A stretch of DNA of 64,000 nucleotides from assembly GCA_000091205.1 (NCBI GenBank), contig AP006502.2; one strand, written 5' to 3'. The notes under the pieces are model-generated. The model had not been told where the DNA came from. It searched no databases and was given only the letters and a program-made list of their open reading frames with translations. Positions 54,697 through 64,000 of the stretch are shown here, one piece after another. The translations under genes and the position numbers were made by a program. The stretch comes from Cyanidioschyzon merolae. Lineage: Eukaryota. How positions within the stretch are numbered: the first letter of the stretch is position 1; the number at the start of each line of letters is the position of its first letter.

Positions 54697-57453
54697 ATGC
54701 TGGCAGAGGGCGTCACGAAAGGACTCACTGCCTCGGCGGTGGTGACGCTTGCCGAGTTTCGGCACTGTCTGCTGCAGGTCTTTCCAGCAGCGGAACGCCC
54801 GCAGCTGCTTGGCCTTGCTGTGGGCGTTGCCCCACGTGACTCGAAGAGTCTAGCTCTAGCGCTTTTAGGAAAAGCGTGGGCGCAGCAGCACGGTAAGCGT
54901 TTCGCAGCGATCTGGGTGCCCGAGGACGCCAACGAGGCCGAGGGATTCCAATGGTTCACACAGCTCGGTCGACTAGGCCTGGTTGTGGAGAAGGCAGCAG
55001 TCGCTATCCATGGACATCAATGGAGCAATGCTCGATCAGATTCGCTCTCGGTCTGTTCGTCTCCGGAACGACATGTGCAGGTACGAAAGATGCCAGTTCT
55101 GAACGCCTGCAAAGGTACGAAGGACGCGGAACGATTGCACGCCAAACCGGAAACCGATGAACCGGGGCGAGCGCACCCTGCCCAGGCGACTGCAGCTTCG
55201 GTGAGAGGACAGACGCCATCGGCTGCATTTGCAGGTCGTTTGCCCGCGTTAGACGAATACAGTGAACAAGGTGCATCCCGGAAGCTGCCCAGAGGAGCCC
55301 TGTGGGAGAGGCGACAACAACGCCTTCGCATTCTCTGCGCAGAAGCGCTTGAACGGGATCTAGGCTTGGTAGCCTTAGGACATTGTTTGGATGACCAGGT
55401 CTCTATTTTAGTGCATCGTATGCGCCACGGCGGCTTTCTCGATGGACTGAGTGCACTCGCGCCGGCCCAGGACCCGGTCGACCTACCGCTGCGGGTTCCG
55501 AGAATTGTTCGTCCATTTTGGCATCTATCCGAATTTCGACTCGTGGAGACGTGTCGAGCGGCAGGACTCGTTGAAGCGACTGGACGAGGGGACACTGCGG
55601 CTGTAGTCGTTTACAATGCTTCTGGACTGCGTGCTGCACGTAGCAAGGAAACCTCGGGTCCGTCTCGAGTTGGTAGCCCCGAGAGTACGCGCCCGATATC
55701 TGCGGAGACCTTTGCCGACCCAGCAATCGAGATGTTTCGTGCGCGGAACGCTGCCTCGAATGAACCTGTATCAACAACAACGGATAACTGTTGCGCCTCT
55801 CAAGGTCGTCCGGAGGCTACTTCAATCAAGCCTACCACTTCCTCCCCAAGTGATGTGCAACGCTCACCTGTTGCAGCGCTCATGGGCACTGCGTGTAGCG
55901 CTCCAGCGCCTGTGAATATCGAGCCGATCGAGAATGCCCGCACGAAAGGCGCAGCAGTAGCGTTGTCTGGTAGCTCGCGGCAGGTCGTTGCTGCGGCACC
56001 TGCAGCAGCGCATCCTGCATCGGAGAGTTCGGTACTGGACGAGCACGCCACCGCTTCAAGGCACCTGTACTTGGCGCCAGTGATCAAGGCACTGCGGAAA
56101 CATGAGCAGCTTTTGGATGAAGAAGCCGACCAGCTCCTCCTACAATGCGTCGAATTTTCCTCACCTCTGGGGTACCTGGTGATTCGGCCCGCAAAGCTGG
56201 CAGAGCACGCCCTCACCAAGGCAGTTGGGTTGCGCGCTCTACTGCGTATTCTCCAGTACGTGGGTGCGCACCAGCGTGCCAATCGCACGGAGGCGCTGGA
56301 GCGGCTCTACGAGGACATCACAGCACCCGCTACCAAGATGAGTGGACGCACCCTCATGGGATGTCTGCTGAAACCCCAGAACTCGCTCAACCGCATTGGG
56401 GCTTTTTTGCACAAGGTACGATGGCGGCAATCAACAGCAGGAATTCCAGATCAGCTGGGTGCCTTGCAGGCCGATCAAACATTTTATCTGAAACAGGCAG
56501 CTGATGCACACGAGGGCAAGGACCCGTCTCTGCAGTACTGGCATGAGGCTTGTGGTAATCATAGCGACCTCGCTGGAGAAGCGGGCGATGCGGAGCACCC
56601 GAGCGACGCCTTGGGGGCAGCGACGCATGCCAGCACACCTGCTGCACTGCGGAAACACCGAGGTCGCGCTGAGAAGAGCCACATGAATGCGCGTGTTCGC
56701 GAGCAGCACGACCAGAGTCGGTGCCGCTTCGTCACCAAAGCGGCAGATGCTAGCGATCCCGCCTCAAATAACAAACTAGGCTGGTATCCGCGATTCGTTG
56801 TTTGCCGAGAGCCCGCCTCTAGTGCTGGGCGTTCATACGAGTGGATGCCGTTGGGTCGATGCATTCTCTGGGATCGGCGGTTCATCATACGAATCGAGCG
56901 TCACGAAGCTAGTCATAGTGGCACAACGAGGGGCAAATCCTCTCCGCAAACCCCTCCTGACGTTTTGACCGGATTCGAGGGATCGTTCTCGGTGGAGAAG
57001 AAGAAGCAGGCGGACGTCTGTGAGGTCTATTCGCTCGCCACAGAGGCGCTGCGAACGACGATTTCGACGAGTGCCACTGGCGGTTGGGGCGCAGCAGACC
57101 AGGTCGGCAACCTGGCTCCAGCTGCGCTGCCCCCAGCATCCGAACGTGGCAAGCACTGGTTCCGTGTTCGACAGATGACGCTGCACGACTGGACGCAGGT
57201 GACAGCGTGGCGTCCCCGGTTGAAATGGACCTTTGTGCCGTACGTTTGTCGCTTAGCATTGCCGGTGTTTGACGATGGACGAAACCTCATCGCCGTACCG
57301 CATTTTGGCTTCAATCGTCGACCGGATCTGCGATTTACCGTCCTGTTCGCAACTGCGAATCGTACGCTCCCTCCCGAGCTTGATCGTACCATCGGGCAGG
57401 GCATTGGTGCAGAGTCACTGCTTGTCGACGAGAATCCTGGGCATGGCTTCTGA
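54697..57453 (+). CDS. Orphan 918-aa hypothetical protein (no recognisable domains)
   Basis: A single 2.76-kb uninterrupted ORF is unlikely by chance even at this GC content. Mixed composition with low-complexity Ala/Ser/Pro stretches in the middle and a more globular-looking C-terminal ~250 aa (e.g. WTFVPYVCRLALPVFDDGRNLIAVPHFGFNRRPDLRFTVLFATAN). Confidence 0.5.
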   Translation: MLAEGVTKGLTASAVVTLAEFRHCLLQVFPAAERPQLLGLAVGVAPRDSKSLALALLGKAWAQQHGKRFAAIWVPEDANEAEGFQWFTQLGRLGLVVEKAAVAIHGHQWSNARSDSLSVCSSPERHVQVRKMPVLNACKGTKDAERLHAKPETDEPGRAHPAQATAASVRGQTPSAAFAGRLPALDEYSEQGASRKLPRGALWERRQQRLRILCAEALERDLGLVALGHCLDDQVSILVHRMRHGGFLDGLSALAPAQDPVDLPLRVPRIVRPFWHLSEFRLVETCRAAGLVEATGRGDTAAVVVYNASGLRAARSKETSGPSRVGSPESTRPISAETFADPAIEMFRARNAASNEPVSTTTDNCCASQGRPEATSIKPTTSSPSDVQRSPVAALMGTACSAPAPVNIEPIENARTKGAAVALSGSSRQVVAAAPAAAHPASESSVLDEHATASRHLYLAPVIKALRKHEQLLDEEADQLLLQCVEFSSPLGYLVIRPAKLAEHALTKAVGLRALLRILQYVGAHQRANRTEALERLYEDITAPATKMSGRTLMGCLLKPQNSLNRIGAFLHKVRWRQSTAGIPDQLGALQADQTFYLKQAADAHEGKDPSLQYWHEACGNHSDLAGEAGDAEHPSDALGAATHASTPAALRKHRGRAEKSHMNARVREQHDQSRCRFVTKAADASDPASNNKLGWYPRFVVCREPASSAGRSYEWMPLGRCILWDRRFIIRIERHEASHSGTTRGKSSPQTPPDVLTGFEGSFSVEKKKQADVCEVYSLATEALRTTISTSATGGWGAADQVGNLAPAALPPASERGKHWFRVRQMTLHDWTQVTAWRPRLKWTFVPYVCRLALPVFDDGRNLIAVPHFGFNRRPDLRFTVLFATANRTLPPELDRTIGQGIGAESLLVDENPGHGF

Positions 57454-58349
57454 AAGCGATCATCTCGGTGCCGGTTGTTTACGGATGTAGAATTCGGAGA
57501 GAGCGCGAGGAGCTCAGCGTTAACCGCGATTCTGGATAGCTCTCGAAGCTACGCATCTCACAAAGAGTTTTCCGTGGAAGTAAACCGACGGTTGCGAGTT
57601 TCCCAGTAAGAAATGGTGCTTGGAACAGTCGACTCGTTCGCAGGGCACGCTGGCGGTGAAGCGTATCTGAACGTTGCGACCGATTAGCCGCAATGTTATA
57701 TCGTAAAAGACTGAAACGGAAACCGAGTGGCGAATGCGAACTCCGACAGGTAGCTCTCGAATGCGTATGTTTGTATATCCAGTTCAGAATAAAACGGAAT
57801 GGGTCTCTGTATCGGATCGGTATGTACATGCTAAAATTGTGGTCGCTTCTCCGTGCTATCAGCACCAGACGTTGAGAGGTTTCTCTCTGGCTGCTCCATT
57901 GTCTTTTGCCTCCTGTATCCGGCTTTCAATCCGACTGTCTCTCCTGCGCCTCCATTTTCGGTTTCATCCGTCGAAGGTTGTCGATGGTGGTGTTCAAGTC
58001 CTGATTCCGCAGCTTTAGGCTCCTGTCAGGCATTTGATGCACAGGCGCAAGTTGCGATCGTTGCTTCACTTCCCGTGCTCATCTTGTTTATACGCAGCGT
58101 CTTTAAGCCCTTCGCACCGCTTTCATGATTATTCTCAGGCGCCCTGCATGTATCCAGAACTTTAACTCATCAGGGATGCTGCGCGGTGGAGCGTGAACAC
58201 ACGCCACTTCGCTCAGTGCATGCCCTTGACGGGAGCGGATGATACCGTGGAATTCCTTTGCTCGGTTTCGGCGCCTGGAGCCTTCGACTTCCAAAACGCA
58301 CTTTTTCTGAACGCTTTCCTGAACGAGTACTGAATCCGCTGGACAAGCA

Positions 58350-58990
58350 AGTCCAAGATGTTCCATTCGATCGTGGATTTCCGGAGCGCAATGCTTCCCA
58401 GGATGACTCAGGAGCCAGAGAGACCGTTGAGGCTGCAATACATGTCGAGAAACGCCGACCCGTCTAGGCTCCCTTCATGCACAGCGGTGACGCATGCCGC
58501 AGTCGAAGCTATCGCTGTGATAACGCAAGCCCGATTCCAAGACCCTTTCTCCCGTGCAATCAGAAGAGACGGGTCCCTTTGGTACCATATCGAATGAGAG
58601 GTACCATGCCGATTTGGAATTCGGTTTCACCAGTTGCCATACGGGAGACGTGGATTCGTCTGTGGAACGGGGCATCGATTATTTGACGTGACAAGCACAG
58701 TGAACACCCGGCATGCGCTTGTGAACAAGTCATCACGGGCGGCGTGGCGTATGTTTCCTCGTGCATCCACTGGAGAGCATTGCTGCGCCCATGAGCTTCC
58801 TTGAAACAGAGAGATCCAAATCTTGAAGCAAGCGAGATTTCAGTACGCGACACATAACGAATGGAGAAGCGTGGAGATTTGTCCATATGCGTTGGATTCT
58901 GATAACGCATATTTTACGAAAGCTTGTTCGTAGGCGAGATGGATCATCCAGGTTGCTGTATTCTAACGAATTCCGGGTAAGGGAATCCAG
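58350..58990 (-). repeat. Composite interspersed repeat, copy F (reverse orientation)
   Basis: Part-3 forward at 58358-58600 (ccattcgatcgtggatttccggagcgcaatg...; AAVEAIAVITQARFQDPFSRAIRR; ...tgcaatcagaagagacgggtccc). Middle gattatttgacgtgacaagcacag at ~58680. The reverse complement of 58930-58975 (ggaattcgttagaatacagcaacctggatgatccatctc) matches the part-1 start in copy A (ggaattccttacgatactgg...). Confidence 0.75.
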
Positions 58991-59467
58991 GGATGCACTC
59001 CAGGAAAACAACATATGAATCCGTTAGCTTTTGTTGCTGGATTCCGAATGTTGACGTTGTACATGTGAACGAATGTCGAAGAGTCGCAAGTCAAGAGCAG
59101 AGCGAGCACTGAAGCGTCCCGTTTTTATCGGACACTAGTGCGGACAAAGCTTCTACTTCTCAACAATTGCTGCGCTTTTTCGATCGATAACCCAAGCAAC
59201 TCGATGGTTTACAGGTACTTGGTCGTGGTCTGGCTCCCGGCCCCCGGTAGAGAGTGACGCTCACCAAACAATACGCTAACGTGCTGCGCATGTTCAGCTG
59301 ACGAGACGGCTTTTACGACATGATCTGTGATCTAATGTCTATGCGATACTCCGATGCGCATCCTCTACGCCGCTGCACCAACAGGGAAAGCAGGCTCGCG
59401 TCTCAGCAACACACACAGCTCCAGTTCAGAAAGCGACAAGCCTCATGTCGCATAGCGTGCAATTGGC

Positions 59468-60529
59468 TCAGCCCCGAAACCGATTCTTTCGCTCCCGCAG
59501 CTCCGTCATCCACTGGGCGTCCGCTGCACGCAAGAAGACATTCCATTGCTGTTCGCCGCCAACAGTAGAGGGAATCGTCGCCTTGTTTTCTGCTCGCAGC
59601 CGCTCCGCCTCCTTGAGCTTGTTTCGGATGGACTCGTTGTTTGGTTCTACCGTCAGAGCGAATGCGAGATTCGCCACCGTGTACTCGTGGCCGCAAAATA
59701 CGTAGGTCTCTGGTGGTAAGGCTTTCAGTTTCTGCATAGCCTGCAACATATGAGCACCAGTTCCTTCGAAAAATCTACCGCATCCGCCGATAAACAACGT
59801 ATCGCCAGTGAACACTAGACCTGGAGCATCGCGTGGCGCTTCCGTATCCCGAACGTAGTAACAGACATGACCCCGGGTGTGGCATGGTGTCGCCAGAACC
59901 TTCACTTGCAGACGGCTCTGCGCGATGCGAAACTCATCCCCGTCGTGAACCGGCACCGTGCAGGCAGGGATTTCATCAGTCGCGCTACCGTAGATGACAA
60001 GACCTGGAAAACGACGAGCAAGCTCGCTGTTTCCTCCAGCGTGATCCCAGTGCTTGTGCGTGGTCAGCACGTGAGTGGGCTGTCGAACCGCGAGGCGCGC
60101 GTGAAGCTGTTCGAGGAACGTGTCTGGGTCTGCCGGATCGACTGCCACAATAACACGGCTGGGTCCGTGCTGGCTCTCGTCCAGAAGAACGTAACTGTAG
60201 TTATCTTGAAAGAGCGGGAACGCCTCGACCCTCAGACAGGTTCCAGGTATACGCACGCTGGTATCCGCGACTTTCCACGTATTGAGCATGGAGATAGGGA
60301 GACTCGACGCTCGCCGAGTTGGTCGGAGTACTGCTTCCGACGGTTTACCGCCGCACTCTGGAAAAACGTGACGACCGGGACGAGCAAGAGCAACCGGGCG
60401 CTGTTCACAACAAACCAAAGCGCTGTGGTGATACCGCGAACGCAGCACACGGTTGCACTGAGAACTCAGTGTAACGAAACGATGTTCGTGCCTAGTTGCG
60501 GGTATCCAGGACAGGCACAGGAAGCGCAT
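59468..60529 (-). CDS. Hydroxyacylglutathione hydrolase (glyoxalase II, metallo-beta-lactamase fold) with ~100-aa N-terminal extension (probable mitochondrial presequence / alternative start at internal MLNTWK)
   Basis: THKHWDHAGGN (HxHxDH metal motif), TPCHTRGHVCYYV, FTGDTLFIGGCGRFFEGTGAHM, VFCGHEYTVANLAFALTVEPNN. Confidence 0.9.
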   Translation of the reverse strand: MRFLCLSWIPATRHEHRFVTLSSQCNRVLRSRYHHSALVCCEQRPVALARPGRHVFPECGGKPSEAVLRPTRRASSLPISMLNTWKVADTSVRIPGTCLRVEAFPLFQDNYSYVLLDESQHGPSRVIVAVDPADPDTFLEQLHARLAVRQPTHVLTTHKHWDHAGGNSELARRFPGLVIYGSATDEIPACTVPVHDGDEFRIAQSRLQVKVLATPCHTRGHVCYYVRDTEAPRDAPGLVFTGDTLFIGGCGRFFEGTGAHMLQAMQKLKALPPETYVFCGHEYTVANLAFALTVEPNNESIRNKLKEAERLRAENKATIPSTVGGEQQWNVFLRAADAQWMTELRERKNRFRG

Positions 60530-61862
60530 GTACGCCGCACTGACTGCTGATCAAAACGCCTCACCCAGTGCGCTTCGACGCAGCTGCCACAGACAGAGCC
60601 GCAAGCAAACAACGCAGACGATACTTCCAGTTCAGAGAGCGGGTCAAAGACAAGTCGTACCGGATAGACGCCGGTTTTCGGAGCGGAGTGCACAATGAGA
60701 CTCCGGGTTGCCCCAAGTGCTGGTAGGGAAACAGGTGCGGCGCCCGTCCTTTCGGGGAAAAACTGCACCCTCGACGAGTGAGAAACGCCCAGTACGTTCC
60801 GAACTGCTGCTAGGCGTTTTCGAGTTTTTGACGCTTTGGAACCTACGCCCGAACAGAGCTCTGCAACACGTTGACAACGTAGACGCTGAACGTATCGAGA
60901 TACGGAGCGTTTCTCCGCAAACTGCCAGAAGCGCTTGCCCAAGGCCGGTGCGTAGCCGTCGGTGCGCATCGCGCTGGCCACGCGGCTGGTGTACCTTTCG
61001 TGGAAGCGTTTTGCCAACGACCAAAAAAATGCGTTTGTGTTTGCTTGTTTTATTTTGGGGATGAAATAGAGTATGTTGAATTTCATGAAATTTACGTGTC
61101 GCTTATGTAGGTAAAGTATCAGTTACTGTTACCCCGGCTCGTGCGATGATACGACTTCGTTCTGAGTCAGGGCCCCCGAATATTGTACCGATTTTTTGAG
61201 TGACAGCATTTGTCTCCATATACCGACATCTGCATGGAATGATGGGCTTGATCGGGTGTGGATCAAGATAGTCGCAGACCGGGGCAAGCGCTCCGCTTTA
61301 CAGGCGCCGGAGAGCTCGGAAGCGCATACCACTGAACCACGGCACCCTTGCTCCATGTTTGGTGCTCGAGCGCGCTTTCTGTATACTTCGACGATTGACG
61401 AGCGCGACGGTGCAACCGGTATCGGAGAGTCAAAGTCTGAAAAGCGAAGACCCTGTAACCTACGTTATAGTTCACAAGTTGAGGTTCGCGACATCCAGTA
61501 ACGGAGCTGGAACCCCATCGTCGTGCACTCTACACTTGACGAGAACGAAACGATGCTTCTACCGCTACATCCTGTGCATGTTCGCGAGTCATCCGCGGTG
61601 ACGACCTGCACAGTGACGCTTCACGCGCGCGCCCTCGAAGAGCATCGCGAGAACTGATCATCAGTTGCAGGAGTAATGTCTGAGAGAATAACACAAAGTC
61701 GAGACTTTTGTTGGACGCGCCCGGTGATACGCTTCTCTCAGTACACCGTTACTCTGAAGATGCATTTTGAAGGGGTCGGAAACCAGCACAGGGAAGATAA
61801 AGATCCGTTTCAATCAGAGAATTGTAGCCTTTTGCAGCTTCGGCTCAGGCGCTTCTTTTGAG

Positions 61863-61913
61863 GCTGCCGCTGGAACGCGCTGTGGAGGCATCACAGCGCG
61901 TTCCAGCGGCAGC
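61863..61913. promoter_or_regulatory. Perfect 22-bp inverted repeat (stem) with 7-nt loop, ~95 bp upstream of the ICT1-like start codon
   Basis: 61863-61884 gctgccgctggaacgcgctgtg; loop gaggcat; 61892-61913 cacagcgcgttccagcggcagc (exact reverse complement), read directly. Confidence 0.7.
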
Positions 61914-62006
61914 ATCCCGACCGGCTCCATATTGCCACGCAGGCATATATCCAATGGTTGCACGTTTACTGAACTTCGGATGTCACAAGCGTGAGCGCCG
62001 CTGGAC

Positions 62007-62660
62007 TTGACTTTTGGTGTGCGAGGATTGCGTCACGAGTTGATGCAAGCGGTGCGACTGATCCAACGTACTTTTTGCGGCGTGCTGCAGAGACCGGCTG
62101 CGCTGTTATGCGCTCCTGCAACGCTCCGCCCGGTCAGCAAGCCGCTGCTCGTGCAAGGCACCTGGACACTGCCGACCAAGTCGGATGTTTACCAGACCGC
62201 GTTGGCGAAGCTGTACGCTGCCCGCGTGTGGGCAACGATACCACGGGCGTGGTACGCAACAAGCGTGGACAGCGACGAGAAGACGCTGGAGCGACTGCGG
62301 GAGCGGCAGGCGGTATTGGAAGGTGCTCGCGTCGAGCTCAACGAAGCCGACCTCGAGGAGACCTTTGTGAAAGGCGGCGGCCCTGGTGGCCAGAAAGTGA
62401 ACAAGACATCTTCGTGTGTAATACTGCGACATACTCCTACTGGAATAGTCATTCGCTGTCAAGCGTTTCGGTCCCAGTTCCAGAATAGACAGGAGGCCCG
62501 CCGCCTTCTCGCGCGAAAACTCGATCTGCAGCTGCGGGGAGAGGCTTCCCAGGTTTCTCAGGAAATCGCCCGCATACGTGCAAGAAAGCGGAAACGGCAG
62601 CAACGGGTCATGAAAAAATATTTCAAGAGTCGGTCCGATCAAGCTCGACTTGATTCGTGA
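62007..62660 (+). CDS. Mitochondrial RF-1-domain GGQ protein (ICT1 / peptidyl-tRNA hydrolase or MTRFR-like ribosome rescue factor)
   Basis: 217-aa ORF with FVKGGGPGGQKVNKTSSCVILRHTPTGIVIRCQAFRSQFQNRQEARRLLARKL (GGQ motif in RF-1 domain context) and a basic C-terminal tail. Confidence 0.8.
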   Translation: MTFGVRGLRHELMQAVRLIQRTFCGVLQRPAALLCAPATLRPVSKPLLVQGTWTLPTKSDVYQTALAKLYAARVWATIPRAWYATSVDSDEKTLERLRERQAVLEGARVELNEADLEETFVKGGGPGGQKVNKTSSCVILRHTPTGIVIRCQAFRSQFQNRQEARRLLARKLDLQLRGEASQVSQEIARIRARKRKRQQRVMKKYFKSRSDQARLDS

Positions 62661-63277
62661 AAGTCGTTGGCTGGCGCTTGAGAGGAACCGCGCTCGGCGG
62701 AAGGCTTTTGCTCGTTTTTGTGGCGAGCATTGACAGCGATGGGACATTTGCTGGTTTTTTCACACGGATACTTTCGTTTTCCTGTGCCCGGCGCTAGTTG
62801 TCGCAGCAGGTCCTGAGGCCCCTGCGACGGGACGTACTGGAGAATGCGCAAGCGCCTTGAGAACAGTTTGGTGCGTTGGCGAAGCGCAGGCTTTCAGAGA
62901 TGTCGGTATGGAATGCCCAGCACCACGGAGATGTAATGGTCTCAACATGTCACCTTTTCTGGTAGAGAGAGGGTATACGATGTGAGGTCACAGTATATGG
63001 AGCAAATTTGACGCTCCGGAAAACCCGCATTTTCGACCCCGAAGAACCGAGCGATAGACACTCCACAGCTCAGTGTCGAGACGATTCCGAGACTGTTCTG
63101 GATCTTTATGGCTTTGCCCCTAGACCATCACGGTTATCATTGCAGAGTGAGACGCGATCGAGTTCGGTAATAGGGCGACGTCTTCACTGCGATTGTAGGT
63201 CAGTGCGACCATGAGCCTAAATCACCATCACCATCATCATCTTCTTCTTCCTCGCTATCGTTGTCGAGCGAGGCGCA

Positions 63278-63946
63278 ATGGTGCTCGTCGCTCGCCACTG
63301 GATATCGAAGTATCTCTTCAGCAACAGTCGAACCGCGGGTGTTGCTGGCATACTGCTGGCTCATTGGCGAACACGCCGACAGAGAAATGCACCCGTGAAC
63401 CGTTTACCATGGAGCCCTTCGACTGAGTGCAGTGCTTTCCAGCGGTATGCGTGTATCCTCATCGCACATTACCCTTTCGTTTATTCTCATACTTTACCGT
63501 GTATGAAGCCTACGAGATGCTTGCGATCATGCTCACCGGCTTTATCACCATATGGTCGATGGAACCCGACCCCGAAATCGCTGCCGCTCAAGGAAACCTG
63601 CCAGGGCAGAGATCGCGCTGCGTCTGTCGATGCAGCAGCCGACTTTGCGGCCTGGGACATTGCGTGCGCATGGGAAGGTATGTATATTTTTATCCATAAA
63701 AATACATCAATGTTCCGTACGATGGGGCTCAAGCGGAGACGCGCGGAGCGCCGCCCGAAAGACGCCTTCAGTTCGTATCGGTTGTTGTGTGCGAGAGCGC
63801 GTGGCTCCGTTTCCCCATGGAGCGGAACGGAAGCTATACACACCAGCGTGCTCACTCAGAACGAAACTTTTCCAGCGATGACGAGGGACCCGTTCAGAAC
63901 GAGTCAGTTCCGCCGCCCAGTGCCTACAGCACCGTCGAAGTTGTGA
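63278..63946 (+). CDS. Hypothetical protein (weak)
   Basis: 222-aa ORF with no recognisable motifs, preceded by a (CAC/CAT)n His-codon microsatellite at 63220-63250. Confidence 0.15.
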   Translation: MVLVARHWISKYLFSNSRTAGVAGILLAHWRTRRQRNAPVNRLPWSPSTECSAFQRYACILIAHYPFVYSHTLPCMKPTRCLRSCSPALSPYGRWNPTPKSLPLKETCQGRDRAASVDAAADFAAWDIACAWEGMYIFIHKNTSMFRTMGLKRRRAERRPKDAFSSYRLLCARARGSVSPWSGTEAIHTSVLTQNETFPAMTRDPFRTSQFRRPVPTAPSKL

Positions 63947-64000
63947 GCGAGCGCAACGCTGACGAGCGGCGCCTCTACTTCACCCTCCACGATCACGGCT

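Noticed and set aside
1-64000. Possibility that the window is a prokaryotic defence or mobile island carrying a novel system
   Set aside because: Every recognisable gene is a eukaryotic housekeeping protein (USP5, Pescadillo, Tudor-SN, exosome subunit, kinesin, CNNM). There are no operon-like same-strand clusters, no RBS-spaced small genes, and no phage, integrase or defence-like domains.
1-64000. tRNA / rRNA / snRNA genes
   Set aside because: No convincing T-loop (GGTTCGANTCC) with matching acceptor-stem context was found by eye. ggttcaaac at ~35728 lacks the rest of a cloverleaf. A covariance-model search such as tRNAscan-SE was not possible, so absence is not proven.

Overview
This 64-kb window is eukaryotic nuclear DNA from a GC-rich (roughly 55-58%), intron-poor genome. 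It is not a prokaryotic island. Every recognisable product is a eukaryotic housekeeping protein encoded as a single uninterrupted ORF, and the genes alternate strands frequently. The confident genes are: a kinesin-14 with an unusual PLAT + CBM20 N-terminus (partial at the window start), USP5-type ubiquitin isopeptidase, a plastid-type aldo-keto reductase, a Mu-class GST, tryptophan 2,3-dioxygenase with a long N-terminal extension, Pescadillo, a PAP2 lipid phosphatase, CNNM/DUF21-CBS transporter, ATP sulfurylase, PRPP synthetase, an exosome RNase-PH subunit, Tudor-SN (SND1), glyoxalase II and an ICT1-like GGQ protein. Weaker calls are a BSD2-like DnaJ zinc-finger protein, a 918-aa orphan ORF and a few hypothetical proteins. 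The most unexpected feature is a ~0.65-kb composite, non-coding interspersed repeat present in seven copies (A-G), always intergenic and in both orientations. A second ~0.6-kb repeat family occurs in two inverted copies. There is also a 42-bp phase-preserving minisatellite between divergent genes, several microsatellites including a coding polyQ tract, a perfect 22-bp hairpin upstream of the ICT1-like gene, and a 7.5-kb gene-poor, AT-richer block. A plastid-type AKR, a BSD2-like zinc finger and a CBM20 domain point to an algal or plastid-bearing protist lineage; this is an inference, and the organism cannot be named from sequence alone. All homology calls come from reading the translated sequence and recalling conserved motifs; no database searches were run.
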